A stretch of DNA of 64,000 nt, from positions 766 through 64,765 of the forward strand of contig DATLFD010000003.1 in assembly GCA_035524935.1 (NCBI GenBank), in the 5' to 3' direction. Below, one piece after another: positions 1 to 9,775 of the stretch (positions are counted from its first letter, which is position 1; each line of letters begins with the position of its first letter). This DNA is from Gammaproteobacteria bacterium. GTDB taxonomy: Bacteria; Pseudomonadota; Gammaproteobacteria; Steroidobacterales; JACDCP01. The position numbers were made by a program, and so were the translations under genes. The notes under the pieces were generated by a model. It did not search any database. It was given only the letters and a program-made list of their open reading frames with translations, and had not been told where the DNA came from.

Positions 1-180
1 GGTGTCACCGTCGGCGTCGCGAAACGGGCCGAAGCGTGCGCGGCGGGGCTCCGGCAGGCCACCCAGCACGGCTTCGCCGATCGGCCGCACGAGCGGTCCG
101 GACACGCGCACGATGCCGATGCCGCCACGTCCCGGCGGCGTGGCGAGCGCGGCGATGGTCTCGTCGGCTGGCTCTGGCAT
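1..180 (-). CDS. mnmE: tRNA modification GTPase MnmE/TrmE, N-terminal 60 codons only (gene runs off the left edge)
   Basis: Reverse complement of 1-180 starts ATG (178-180) and reads [40 protein letters not shown]..., the conserved MnmE N-terminal IAAxATPxGxGGIGIVRxSG block. Not in the ORF track because it is truncated. Confidence 0.75.
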   Translation of the reverse strand, partial: MPEPADETIAALATPPGRGGIGIVRVSGPLVRPIGEAVLGGLPEPRRARFGPFRDADGDT

Positions 181-233
181 GCGCGGTATCATCGGCCCGA
201 TATCGCCTCAGAGAAAGGCACGGGGGTCAGCGG

Positions 234-1466
234 ATGTCCAGTCGAACCGTCGAGTTTGAGAATTCCCAGGGCGCGACCCTCGCCGGCAGCCTTGAGTTGC
301 CCGACTCGGGCGCGCCCTCCGCGTTCGCGCTGTTCGCGCACTGCTTCACCTGCACGCGGAATTTCCGCGCCTCGCACAACATCTCGCGCGCTCTCGCCGC
401 CGAAGGGCTCGGCGTGCTGCGCTTCGACTTCACCGGCCTCGGTGAGAGCGAGGGCGAGTTCGCCGCCACCACTTTTTCTTCGAACGTCGGCGATCTCGTC
501 GCGGCCGCCGGCTACCTCGAAGCCGAGCACGCGGCGCCGAAGCTGCTCGTCGGCCATTCGCTCGGCGGCACCGCCGTGCTGCAGGCAGCGACGGCGATCC
601 CTTCGAGCGTTGCCGTGGCGACGCTCAATGCGCCGGCGAGCGCAAAGCACGTCCTGCGGCTGCTCGGCGATCAGCGCGAGCGTATCGAGCGGGACGGCGA
701 GGCGGACGTGCTGCTCGGCGACCGGCCGTTCCGCATACGCAGGACGTTCATCGAGGATCTCGAGCGGCACGCGCTGCCGGAATCGGTGCGCGAGCTCAGG
801 AAGGCGCTGCTGATCCTGCATTCGCCCCTCGACGATATCGTCGATATCGACAATGCCAGCCGACTGTTCCAGCACGCGCTGCACCCGAAGAGCTTCGTCT
901 CGCTCGACAAGGCGGACCATCTGTTGAGCCACGACGAGGACTCGCGCTATGCGGGCGCGGTGCTGGCGGCCTGGGCGAGCCGATATCTCGGCGCCGAGCC
1001 CGCGCCGGCCGCGGCGTTGCGCGCCGAGGGCGGTGTCGTGCTCGCGCGCACGCGCGCCGGCGCCTTCCGTACGGAGATCAGTGCGAACGGCCATGCGCTG
1101 GTGGCCGACGAGCCGGCCGAATACGGCGGCGCGGGCGCCGGGCCGACGCCCTACGATCTGCTGTCGGCCGCGCTCGCCGCCTGCACCAGCATGACGGTGC
1201 GCATGTATGCCGAGCACAAGAAGTTTCCGCTCGAGGCGGTGACGACCGCGGTACGTCACAGCAAGATCCACGCGATCGACTGCCGGACTTGCGAGACTAA
1301 AGAGGGCAAGATCGATCGCTTCGAGCGGAGCCTCGAGCTCGCCGGCGACCTGACCGGCGAGCAGCGCGAAAAAATGCTCGCCATCGCCGAAAAATGCCCG
1401 GTGCACCGCAGCTTGCATTCCGAGGTTTCGATCGAGACGAAGCTGGAGAACCCCGGCGACCACTGA
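234..1466 (+). CDS. bifunctional alpha/beta-hydrolase / OsmC-family protein
   Basis: Frame of ORF 36-1466. Likely start is ATG 234 (MSSRTVEF, preceded by GAGAAAGG). The N-half has the hydrolase nucleophile elbow GHSLGG. The C-half (GPTPYDLLSAALAACTSMT...KCPVHRSL) is OsmC/Ohr-like. Confidence 0.8.
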   Translation: MSSRTVEFENSQGATLAGSLELPDSGAPSAFALFAHCFTCTRNFRASHNISRALAAEGLGVLRFDFTGLGESEGEFAATTFSSNVGDLVAAAGYLEAEHAAPKLLVGHSLGGTAVLQAATAIPSSVAVATLNAPASAKHVLRLLGDQRERIERDGEADVLLGDRPFRIRRTFIEDLERHALPESVRELRKALLILHSPLDDIVDIDNASRLFQHALHPKSFVSLDKADHLLSHDEDSRYAGAVLAAWASRYLGAEPAPAAALRAEGGVVLARTRAGAFRTEISANGHALVADEPAEYGGAGAGPTPYDLLSAALAACTSMTVRMYAEHKKFPLEAVTTAVRHSKIHAIDCRTCETKEGKIDRFERSLELAGDLTGEQREKMLAIAEKCPVHRSLHSEVSIETKLENPGDH

Positions 1467-1576
1467 CCGCCCCGGCATTCGCCGGGATGACGAAATTCCG
1501 GATCCGGGCTTCCGGGAAGGTCTTGGGCGTGTCCCTGGTGTAAAATTGCCGGTCGTTTGTTGCCCGGGGCAGTCGA

Positions 1577-2761
1577 TTGTTGCAGCTCTTGCTGAACGCT
1601 CATGTATTCGCTCCGCAAGACCTTGGCATTCGGCATCTCCTGATCGGCGGAAACCGGATCCTCTGGATCGGTGAACAGAAGGCAGATCTTTCTCCGCTGA
1701 ATGCAACCCGTGTCGATCTCGAAGGGCGGCGGCTGATTCCCGGGCTCATCGACGGTCATGCCCATGTCACAGGCGGCGGGGGCGAGTCTGGATTCGCCAG
1801 CCGGGTGCCGCCGGTGCCGTTGAGCCGCTTCACGACCGCAGGCGTTACCACGGTCGTCGGCGTGCTGGGGACGGACGACACGACGCGCGATACGCGCGCG
1901 CTTCTGGCCCAGATCCGTGCCTTGCGCGACGAAGGCTTGGGCGCCTGGTGCCATACGGGCGGCTACCATGTCCCGCCCGTGACGCTGACCGGGAACGTCC
2001 GGGACGATATCGTCCATCTGGATCCGGTCATCGGCGTGGGTGAGCTGGCGTTGAGCGATCACCGCTCGAGCCAGCCCACGCTGGACGAGATATTACGGAT
2101 CGCCAGCGATGCGCACGTGGCCGGGATGATCACCGGCAAGGCCGGAATCCTGCATCTGCATCTCGGCGACGGCGAGCGCGGCCTGGACCTCGTGCGCGAG
2201 GCGCTGAACGTCAGCGAGCTGCCGCCGCGGGTTTTCAACCCGACCCATGTCAACCGGCGCAAGGCCCTGTTCGAAGAGGCGCTGGATCTCGCCCGGCGCG
2301 GCTGCACGGTCGACATGACGGCGTTTCCCGTCGCAGCAGAGGACGATGCCTGGCCCGCCGATGTCGGATTGCAGAAATATCTCGAATCCGGCGCGCCGGC
2401 CGATCGCATCACGATCAGCTCCGACGGCGGCGGCTGTCTGCCGCAGTTCAACGACCAGGGCGAGCTCGTGCACATGGAGGTGGGCCGGCCGGCCTGCCTG
2501 GCGGAAACCCTGCGAAAATTCCTGTCCCGAGGCGTACCGCTGGAGTCCGTGCTGCCCGCTTTTACGGCCAATGTCGCGCAGATACTGCGATTGCACGACA
2601 AAGGCCGGATCCGGGCCGGCGCCGATGCGGACCTTGTCGTGCTCGGAAGCGAGGGTGAGGTCCGCGATGTCATGGCTGCCGGTATCTGGCACGTCCGGAA
2701 CGGACGGCAACAGGTCTTCGGACGTTTCGAGAATGAAAGCGATTACGGACCGCCCCCCTGA
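1577..2761 (+). CDS. iadA: isoaspartyl (beta-aspartyl) dipeptidase
   Basis: TTG start. Collinear with E. coli IadA: GLIDGHAHVTGGGGESG, GVTTVVGVLGTDD, ELALSDHRSS, NPTHVNR, ITISSDGGG, GADADLVV. Confidence 0.85.
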   Translation: MLQLLLNAHVFAPQDLGIRHLLIGGNRILWIGEQKADLSPLNATRVDLEGRRLIPGLIDGHAHVTGGGGESGFASRVPPVPLSRFTTAGVTTVVGVLGTDDTTRDTRALLAQIRALRDEGLGAWCHTGGYHVPPVTLTGNVRDDIVHLDPVIGVGELALSDHRSSQPTLDEILRIASDAHVAGMITGKAGILHLHLGDGERGLDLVREALNVSELPPRVFNPTHVNRRKALFEEALDLARRGCTVDMTAFPVAAEDDAWPADVGLQKYLESGAPADRITISSDGGGCLPQFNDQGELVHMEVGRPACLAETLRKFLSRGVPLESVLPAFTANVAQILRLHDKGRIRAGADADLVVLGSEGEVRDVMAAGIWHVRNGRQQVFGRFENESDYGPPP

Positions 2762-3594
2762 TGTGCCCCTCGAACCATGCGGATCCGTTGTCCCGCGGCT
2801 ACATCGTTCCGATCGGCGGGGCCGTGGACAAGTTCGACAACCCCGAGATCCTGGGCCGTTTCGTCACACTCTGCGGAGGCAAATCCGCGCGTATTGCGAT
2901 CATTCCCACGGCGTCGGAAGCCGATGACACCGGGCGAAACTATGAGAAATTGTTTCGCCGCCTGGGTATCCGGCACGCGCGCGTGTTACCCCTGATCACA
3001 CGCGATGATTGCAGTTCAGAAAAGTATCTCGAATATATCGGCGGCGCCCAGGGCATATTCATGACCGGCGGCAATCAGCTGCGTCTTTCGACGACGATAG
3101 GCGGAACGCCAGTGGCACAACTGATTCGCCGCCGGAATGCAGCCGGCATGCACGTGGCGGGCACCTCGGCCGGCGCGGCGTTCATGGCCGAGCACATGAT
3201 CGCCGGCGGCAACGAGGGCAGCACACCGAGCCCGGACATGGTCACCATGGCGCCCGGCCTCGGCTTGACCAACAGCTTCATCATCGATCAGCATTTCCGC
3301 CAGCGCGACCGGCTCGGGCGGCTTCTGACCGCCCTGGCTTATAACCCGTTCGCCGTGGGCATCGGCCTGGACGAGGATACGGCCGCTTTCATCCGGCCCG
3401 GCGACGATCTCGAGGTGGTCGGCAGCGGCGGCATTACCATCATCGACCCGACCAACCTGAGCTATTCTTCGATGGACCGCGCCCGCCGCGGGGACCCGGT
3501 CAGCCTGATCGGTGTCAGGCTGCATATCCTGATCGCGGGAGGCCGCTTCGAAATCAAGGGCCGCAAGGCTCACGCGAATAACCGACCAGCATAA
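2761..3594 (+). CDS. cphE: cyanophycinase (peptidase S51)
   Basis: IVPIGGAVDK...IAIIPTAS...IFMTGGNQLRL...AGTSAGAA blocks typical of CphE. Its ATG overlaps the iadA stop (TGATG). Confidence 0.85.
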   Translation: MCPSNHADPLSRGYIVPIGGAVDKFDNPEILGRFVTLCGGKSARIAIIPTASEADDTGRNYEKLFRRLGIRHARVLPLITRDDCSSEKYLEYIGGAQGIFMTGGNQLRLSTTIGGTPVAQLIRRRNAAGMHVAGTSAGAAFMAEHMIAGGNEGSTPSPDMVTMAPGLGLTNSFIIDQHFRQRDRLGRLLTALAYNPFAVGIGLDEDTAAFIRPGDDLEVVGSGGITIIDPTNLSYSSMDRARRGDPVSLIGVRLHILIAGGRFEIKGRKAHANNRPA

Positions 3595-3625
3595 AAATCC
3601 ATTGAACAGCGCCTGAGGCGAGGCC

Positions 3626-6412
3626 GTGAAGATCATCAGCACCAACGTCTACGTTGGCCCCAACATTTACGCGCACTTTCCGGTCATCCGCCACGTCCTG
3701 GACCTCGGCGTGCTGGAACACTGGCCGACGAGCCGTCTCGGCGGCGCGTTCGTGGATCCCCTGATCGGGCACCTGCCGGGGCTGCATGAACACGGCTGTT
3801 CCTATGGCGAGCCCGGCGGATTCATTCGACGCCTTTGCGAAGGCGAAGGGACCTGGCTCGGCCACGTCATGGAGCACGTCGCGCTCGAGCTGCAGAACGT
3901 CGCCGGTTCGCCGGTCGCGTTCGGCCGCACGCGGTCGGTCGACGGCCAGCCCGGGCATTACAACATGGTCTTTCAATACAACGACGAGGATGTGGGCCGG
4001 GAGGCCGGCCGGCTCGCGCTGTCGCTGATCCATCACCTGTTGCCAGAGCATCTGAAGCCGACAACGGCGCCGCCCGCCGGATGGGATTTTCCGGAACAAC
4101 GGGACATGTTCATCCGCTACGCCCAGCGACGCGCCTTCGGGCCGAGCACCGCGGCGCTGATACGGGCGGCGGAGGAACGCGACATTCCCTGGCTCAGGCT
4201 CAATCGCCAGAGCCTCGTTCAGTTCGGTCACGGCCGCAATCAGAAGCGCATCCAGGCCACGACGACGGGCACTACGAGCAATATCGCCGTCGAGCTGGCT
4301 TCGGACAAGGAGGAGACAAATCGCATTCTGCGCGACCTCGGGCTGCCGGTGCCCGTTCAGCGCCTGGTCGAGACGTCGCGCGACGCGAAACGGGCCGCGA
4401 AACGAATCGGTTTCCCGGTGGTCGTCAAGCCGCTCTCCGCCAATCATGGACGCGGCGTTTCCATCAATCTGCGCACTCGCGGCGAAATCGAGGTCGCATT
4501 CGACGAAGCCAGAAAGCACGGGCCCAACGTCGTCGTCGAAAGCTTTCTCGAGGGCTTCGACCACCGCCTGCTCGTCATCGACGGCGAGCTCGTCGCCGCT
4601 GCAAAACGGGTCCCGGGGCACGTGATCGGCGACGGAGAGCACTCGATCGAACAGCTCATCACCCTGGTCAACCAGGATCCGCGCCGCGGCGTCGGTCACG
4701 AGAAAACCCTGACCCGGCTCGAGCTCGATCAACAGGCCGAACGCCTGCTGGCCAGCGCGGGTTACGACCGCGGCACGGTCCCGGCACGGGGCGAGCTCGT
4801 CTATCTGCGCTCCACGGCGAATCTCTCGACCGGAGGCACGGCGATCGACGTGACCGATGACGTGCATCCGGACAACCGGGAGATGGCGATCCGTGCGGTC
4901 AAGGCGATCGGACTGGATATCGGCGGTGTGGATTTTCTCACCGTGGACATCAGCAAGTCCTACAGAGACGCCGGCGGCGGCATCTGTGAGATCAACGCGG
5001 GACCCGGATTCCGGATGCACGTCGCGCCGAGCGAGGGAACGCCCAGGGACGTGTCCGGCCCGGTCATCGACATGCTGTTCCCGCCCGATGCGCCGAGCCG
5101 GATTCCCATCGCCGCGGTCACCGGAACCAACGGCAAGACCACGACCGCGCGGATGCTCGCGCATGTCCTCAAGCTGAGGGGTTTCACCGTGGGGCTCACG
5201 TCGACGGACGGGGTCTACATCGACGCCCAGTTGTCCGTGCCCGGGGATATGACCGGGCCGGCGTCGGCCCGCATGATCCTGCGCGATCCGTCGGTCGACG
5301 CCGCCGTGCTGGAAACCGCGCGCGGCGGATTATTGCGCGGCGGGCTCGGTTTCTCCGAATGTAACGTGGCCGCCTGCATCAACGTCACTTCGGATCATCT
5401 CGGGTTGCGCGGCGTCGAGACGCTCGAGCAGCTCGCCGAGGTCAAGCGAGTGCCCATCGAGGTGGCCAGGGACGCCGCGGTCCTCAACGCCGACGACACG
5501 CTGTGCCTGCAAATGGCGGACTACACCGACGCCAGGACCGTGTGCTACGTGACCATGAATCCGGGTCACCCGCTCGTCAAGAAACACATCCAGGCCGGTG
5601 GCCAGGCATTCGTCCTCGAGCAAGGCATGAACGGCCACATGATCACGATTTACGACAACGAGCACCATCATCCGTTGCTCTGGACGCACCTGATTCCAGC
5701 CACCGTCGAGGGGCGCGCCATGCACAACGTGCAGAACGCGATGTTTGCCGCCGCGCTGGCGTACAACATGAATATCGGCCTCGAGGACATCCGCCATGGC
5801 CTGCGCACCTTCGACGCGACGTTTTTCCAGGTGCCCGGGCGCATGAACATCTTCAACGAGCATCCGTTCAAGGTCATCCTGGACTATGCTCACAACGCGG
5901 CCGCGGTCAGGGCCATGTGCAATCTCGTCGATCGATTCGAGCCGAAGGGTCGGCGCATCGTCGTTCTGTCGGCGCCGGGCGACCGGCGTGACGAGGATAT
6001 CCGCGAGATCGCGGCAGAGGCAGCCGGGCATTTCGATCATTTCATCTGCCGCGCCGACGACAATCCGCGCGGCCGCGGCCCCGACGAGGTTCCGCGCATG
6101 CTCAGGGATCGCCTGCTCGAGGCGGGTCAGCCCGCGGACGCCATCGAGGTGATCGCCGACGAGCAGGCGGCGACGCTGGCTGCCTTGCGGATGGCAAAGC
6201 CCGACGATCTGATTCTCATCCTTTCGGACTCGATCAAGCGGACCTGGAAGCAGATCATCTATTTCGATGCCCAGGCCGAATCGGACGTTCCAGCGAAGAG
6301 GCAGCCCATACCGCTCGACGACTTGCAGCCGCACACGTTCCGGTTCGATGAGAGCCTCGAAATCATCAGCGACGAGCGCGGCGTACGCATTGCCCGCGAA
6401 GCCGGCGACTGA
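3626..6412 (+). CDS. cphA: cyanophycin synthetase (N domain + ATP-grasp + Mur-ligase-like domain)
   Basis: 928 aa with a GTG start after GAGGCGAGG. N-terminus is MKIISTNVYVGPNIY. ATP-grasp segment is GFPVVVKPLSANHGRGVS. Mur-ligase P-loop is VTGTNGKTTT. Confidence 0.9.
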   Translation: MKIISTNVYVGPNIYAHFPVIRHVLDLGVLEHWPTSRLGGAFVDPLIGHLPGLHEHGCSYGEPGGFIRRLCEGEGTWLGHVMEHVALELQNVAGSPVAFGRTRSVDGQPGHYNMVFQYNDEDVGREAGRLALSLIHHLLPEHLKPTTAPPAGWDFPEQRDMFIRYAQRRAFGPSTAALIRAAEERDIPWLRLNRQSLVQFGHGRNQKRIQATTTGTTSNIAVELASDKEETNRILRDLGLPVPVQRLVETSRDAKRAAKRIGFPVVVKPLSANHGRGVSINLRTRGEIEVAFDEARKHGPNVVVESFLEGFDHRLLVIDGELVAAAKRVPGHVIGDGEHSIEQLITLVNQDPRRGVGHEKTLTRLELDQQAERLLASAGYDRGTVPARGELVYLRSTANLSTGGTAIDVTDDVHPDNREMAIRAVKAIGLDIGGVDFLTVDISKSYRDAGGGICEINAGPGFRMHVAPSEGTPRDVSGPVIDMLFPPDAPSRIPIAAVTGTNGKTTTARMLAHVLKLRGFTVGLTSTDGVYIDAQLSVPGDMTGPASARMILRDPSVDAAVLETARGGLLRGGLGFSECNVAACINVTSDHLGLRGVETLEQLAEVKRVPIEVARDAAVLNADDTLCLQMADYTDARTVCYVTMNPGHPLVKKHIQAGGQAFVLEQGMNGHMITIYDNEHHHPLLWTHLIPATVEGRAMHNVQNAMFAAALAYNMNIGLEDIRHGLRTFDATFFQVPGRMNIFNEHPFKVILDYAHNAAAVRAMCNLVDRFEPKGRRIVVLSAPGDRRDEDIREIAAEAAGHFDHFICRADDNPRGRGPDEVPRMLRDRLLEAGQPADAIEVIADEQAATLAALRMAKPDDLILILSDSIKRTWKQIIYFDAQAESDVPAKRQPIPLDDLQPHTFRFDESLEIISDERGVRIAREAGD

Positions 6413-6429
6413 CCGTATAGCGGGGATCG

Positions 6430-8112
6430 ATGCAGTTCCTCGACGCGCGCAGGCTGACCGGCCCAAATCTGTTCCTCGAAGGGCCCGGCACGGTGCTCGA
6501 CGTGCGCTGCACGACCGACGAAGCCGGCCGCCTGCTGCCGCTGTGGGAGCAGTGCAGCCGCGGCATGCTCGACGCGGCCGGCTGGCGGCGGGAAGTCATT
6601 CGGGCGCACCGCTTCCCGGCGGGGGTCAGCCTCGCGTTCTCCGCGCCCATCGACGCCCTGTACGCCGCCACCGACATGAACCTGTGGGCGTGGCGGAGCT
6701 GCGAGAGCCGCCTTGGGAATACCGATCCGCCCGACTTTGCGGCCGCCCTCGAGGAATTCAGACGGGCCATTGCCCGAGAAGCCAACCCGGGGCTGATCGA
6801 GATCGGCCGTGCCGCCGCCGATCACAACGTCGCGTTCCTGCATGACGACGACAACGCTTCCATCGGGCTCGGCAGCGGTTCCCGGACGTGGTCGGTGCGG
6901 GAAATTCCGGAAATCTCCGCCATCGACTGGGACGCAATCCACGATGTTCCCGTCGCCCTCGTCACGGGCACAAACGGCAAAACGACCACGGTTCGGCTGG
7001 CCGCGCACATCGGCCGCAGCGCCGGCCTGAAAGTCGGGTTGAGCTCGACGGACTGGACGGCGATCGACGGCGCCGTGCTCGATCGCGGCGACTTCGCCGG
7101 ACCCGGTGGCGCAAGAAGCGTGCTACGGCATCCTGCAGTCGAGTTGGCGGTTCTTGAAACGGCACGCGGCGGCCTGCTGCGCAGAGGGCTTGCGCTGACC
7201 AGTGCGGACGCCGCGGTCATCACCAACATCGCCGAAGATCACCTGGGGGACTTCGGATCGCAGAGCCTCGAAGAGCTGCTCGAAATCAAATGGATCGTCA
7301 GCCGTGCCGTAGCGGCGTCCGGCACACTGATACTCAATGCCGACGACAGCCTGCTCGTCGAAAGGACCGCCGGATACCCTGGCAGGATCGTCTGGTTCGG
7401 TCTGGACGAACGCAATCGTGCGATCGGAACGCATGTCGCGGCCGGCGGCACGGCATTCGTCCTCGACGATGAGCGCCTGCTGCGCATCGACGCGGCGGCG
7501 CGCAAAACAATCTGCTCCGTCCAGGACGTACCGCTGGCGCTGGCCGGCGCCGCCCGACATAACCTCTCCAATGCCCTCGCCGCCGCGGCATTGACCTGGT
7601 GCCTCGGCGTATCGCCGCCCGCTATCGGCCGCGGCCTGAGCTCGATGTCGCAGGACAACAACCCCGGTCGGTGCAACGTGTTCGCGATAGCGGGTGTGAA
7701 CATACTCGTGGATTTCGCGCACAACCCGCACGGCATGCGGGCGCTGCTGGACATGGCGCGCACGCTGCCGGGCAAACGCAGGCTGCTGGCCTTCAGCCAG
7801 GCCGGCGACAGACCGGACGAGGCTATTCGCGAGCTCGCGCGGAGCGGCTGGTCGATCGGGCTCGACGAGGTCATCGTCTCCGAGCTCCGCTCGTACTCTC
7901 GAGGCCGTGCGCGCGGCGAGGTCTACGGCATTATTCGCAGCGAGCTCCTGAAGCTCGGCGCGCGCCCCGCTCAGATCCGGCATTTCGAGGAGGAAAGGGA
8001 ATCGCTCGATGCGGCGCTTGCGTGGGCAGAGCCGGGAGACCTCATCATCCTGCTCGTGCTCGGCGACATCCAGGCGATCCTCGATCGCTTGAGGGTGCTG
8101 GCCGGACAGTGA
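6430..8112 (+). CDS. cphA2: cyanophycin synthetase-like ligase lacking the ATP-grasp core (CphA2 / CphA-prime type)
   Basis: 560 aa. The N-terminus MQFLDARRLTGPNLF parallels the CphA N domain. The segment LIEIGRAAADHNVAFL... then runs almost directly into the Mur-ligase P-loop VTGTNGKTTT. The roughly 250-aa ATP-grasp stretch of cphA has no counterpart. Confidence 0.75.
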   Translation: MQFLDARRLTGPNLFLEGPGTVLDVRCTTDEAGRLLPLWEQCSRGMLDAAGWRREVIRAHRFPAGVSLAFSAPIDALYAATDMNLWAWRSCESRLGNTDPPDFAAALEEFRRAIAREANPGLIEIGRAAADHNVAFLHDDDNASIGLGSGSRTWSVREIPEISAIDWDAIHDVPVALVTGTNGKTTTVRLAAHIGRSAGLKVGLSSTDWTAIDGAVLDRGDFAGPGGARSVLRHPAVELAVLETARGGLLRRGLALTSADAAVITNIAEDHLGDFGSQSLEELLEIKWIVSRAVAASGTLILNADDSLLVERTAGYPGRIVWFGLDERNRAIGTHVAAGGTAFVLDDERLLRIDAAARKTICSVQDVPLALAGAARHNLSNALAAAALTWCLGVSPPAIGRGLSSMSQDNNPGRCNVFAIAGVNILVDFAHNPHGMRALLDMARTLPGKRRLLAFSQAGDRPDEAIRELARSGWSIGLDEVIVSELRSYSRGRARGEVYGIIRSELLKLGARPAQIRHFEEERESLDAALAWAEPGDLIILLVLGDIQAILDRLRVLAGQ

Positions 8113-8125
8113 TCGCGGCCGCGCT

Positions 8126-9694
8126 CTATCCGCGCAACCCCAGGATCAGATCCGCTGCCTTCTCGGCAATCATGATCGTCGGGGCATTGGTGTTTCCATT
8201 GACGAGACTGGGCATGACCGAGGCGTCGGCGATGCGCAAGCCATCCAGTCCATGCACGCTGAGACGGGAATCGACGACGGCCTGCGGATTCTCGCCCATC
8301 GCGCAGGTCCCCGCCGGATGAAAGGCGGTCTCTATCGTCTGCTTCACATAGCTGGCGAGCTCGCTGTCCGACTGAACCGCGGGACCCGGCGCGAGCTCCC
8401 GTTTCAATCCGAATTCCCGCAACGCCCTGGTGCGGGTCAGCGCGCGGGCGAATCGGACGGCTTCGACCATCACGCCGACTTCGCGCGGCGCCGCCAGATA
8501 GTTCGGATCGATGATCGGATCATGCCGGGGATCGGCCGATGCCAGGCGGATGCTGCCCCTGCTTTCGACGTCGATCAGGCAGGCCTGCAGATCGACCGCG
8601 GCGCGGAACGGCGGGCTGCCGGCCCACTGGACCGAGAACTGGCAGTCCGCAAGCTCGCTGGCCTCGGAAAGTTTCATGAACGCGCCCGCGGCGATCATCG
8701 GGGACGTAAAGATCCCCTGGCGCGACCAGCACCATTGCAGAAACGGAACGGCGAGGGCCGCAACCGTCAATGAGACCGGCTCGGCTGGCTCGTAGAGAAT
8801 CGGCAGACGGGGGTGGTCCTGCAGTCCCTTGCCCACGCCCGGCAAATCGCAGCGGGGTTCGATGCCGATGGCGTGCAGCTCGTCGGCCGGGCCGATCCCG
8901 GACAGCAGCATCAGCCGTGGCGTGCCGAAGGCGCCCGCACAGAGAATGACTTCCCGGCTGGCATGCGCGGAGAATTCACCGTCCGAGCGGCGGCAAACGA
9001 CGCCGACCGCGCGCTGTCCGTCCAGGATTATCCGCTGCGCTTCTGTTTTCGACCGAACCTCGAGGTTCCGGCGAGGCTCAGCGGGCTTCAGATAACCGAG
9101 CGCGGTGCTGGAGCGCTCGCCGTCCGACTGGGTGTACTGATAAAACCCGGCGCCGAGCTGCTCAGCGCCCGTGAAATCATCGTTGCGGCGAAGCCCCATT
9201 TCGACACATGCATCGATGAAGGCCTGACCGAACCGTGACTTGTAACGGCTTCCGCACACGCCGACGGGTCCGCCGACGCCGTGATACCTGCTCTCGCCGC
9301 CCTCGAAGTCCTCCATTCCGCGGAAATAGGGCAGTATGTCGTCGAAACCCCACCCGCGCGCCCCCTGTTCGACCCAACGGTCATACGCCCGGCGCTCGCC
9401 GCGCACGTACATCATCGCGTTGACCGATGAGCCGCCGCCCATCGTGCTGGCCACCGGCTGGCGAATGCGTCGCGAATGGCAATTCACCTGCTCGCAGGTC
9501 TCGTAAGTCCGCAGGCGGGACGCCATGAACTTCTTCCCGAGCAGCGGTATCCCTAGAGCAAGGCGCTTGTATCTGGCGCCCCGTTCGATCAACAGGACCT
9601 CGACGGCCGGGTCTTCGCTGAGTCGGCTGGCCAGCACGCAGCCTGCAGACCCGCCGCCGACGATGACATAGTCGTATTGTGTCACCGGCGGCAT
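8126..9694 (-). CDS. GMC-family FAD oxidoreductase (choline dehydrogenase-like)
   Basis: N-terminal YDYVIVGGGSAGCVLASRLSED and C-terminal HPAGTCAMG...VHGLDGLRIADASVMP are GMC signatures. Confidence 0.85.
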   Translation of the reverse strand: MPPVTQYDYVIVGGGSAGCVLASRLSEDPAVEVLLIERGARYKRLALGIPLLGKKFMASRLRTYETCEQVNCHSRRIRQPVASTMGGGSSVNAMMYVRGERRAYDRWVEQGARGWGFDDILPYFRGMEDFEGGESRYHGVGGPVGVCGSRYKSRFGQAFIDACVEMGLRRNDDFTGAEQLGAGFYQYTQSDGERSSTALGYLKPAEPRRNLEVRSKTEAQRIILDGQRAVGVVCRRSDGEFSAHASREVILCAGAFGTPRLMLLSGIGPADELHAIGIEPRCDLPGVGKGLQDHPRLPILYEPAEPVSLTVAALAVPFLQWCWSRQGIFTSPMIAAGAFMKLSEASELADCQFSVQWAGSPPFRAAVDLQACLIDVESRGSIRLASADPRHDPIIDPNYLAAPREVGVMVEAVRFARALTRTRALREFGLKRELAPGPAVQSDSELASYVKQTIETAFHPAGTCAMGENPQAVVDSRLSVHGLDGLRIADASVMPSLVNGNTNAPTIMIAEKAADLILGLRG

Positions 9695-9775
9695 CTCCGA
9701 TCATGTCCTGCGGTGTCATTTCGAAAATTCGTCTTTATAGTATTCTGCGGACACCGCAATAGAGAAATCCGCCCG

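Noticed and set aside
1471-1486. Short hairpin CCCGGC-ATTC-GCCGGG after the OsmC-fusion gene as a possible terminator
   Set aside because: The stem is only 6 bp and there is no downstream T-tract. Evidence is too weak to call a rho-independent terminator.
189-1706. 505-aa minus-strand ORF covering the hydrolase/OsmC gene, and many similar long ORFs (for example 3554-5164 -, 5330-6466 -, 10497-12578 -, 27075-29615 +, 33605-35302 +, 36181-38010 -, 38641-40377 -, 40493-41080 +, 41210-42553 +, 55167-57035 -, 61041-62342 +)
   Set aside because: These are antisense or off-frame to genes with clear family motifs. Their translations are Arg/Ala/Gly/Pro-rich low-complexity strings, typical of stop-codon-poor mirror frames in high-GC DNA. 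No recognisable domains.
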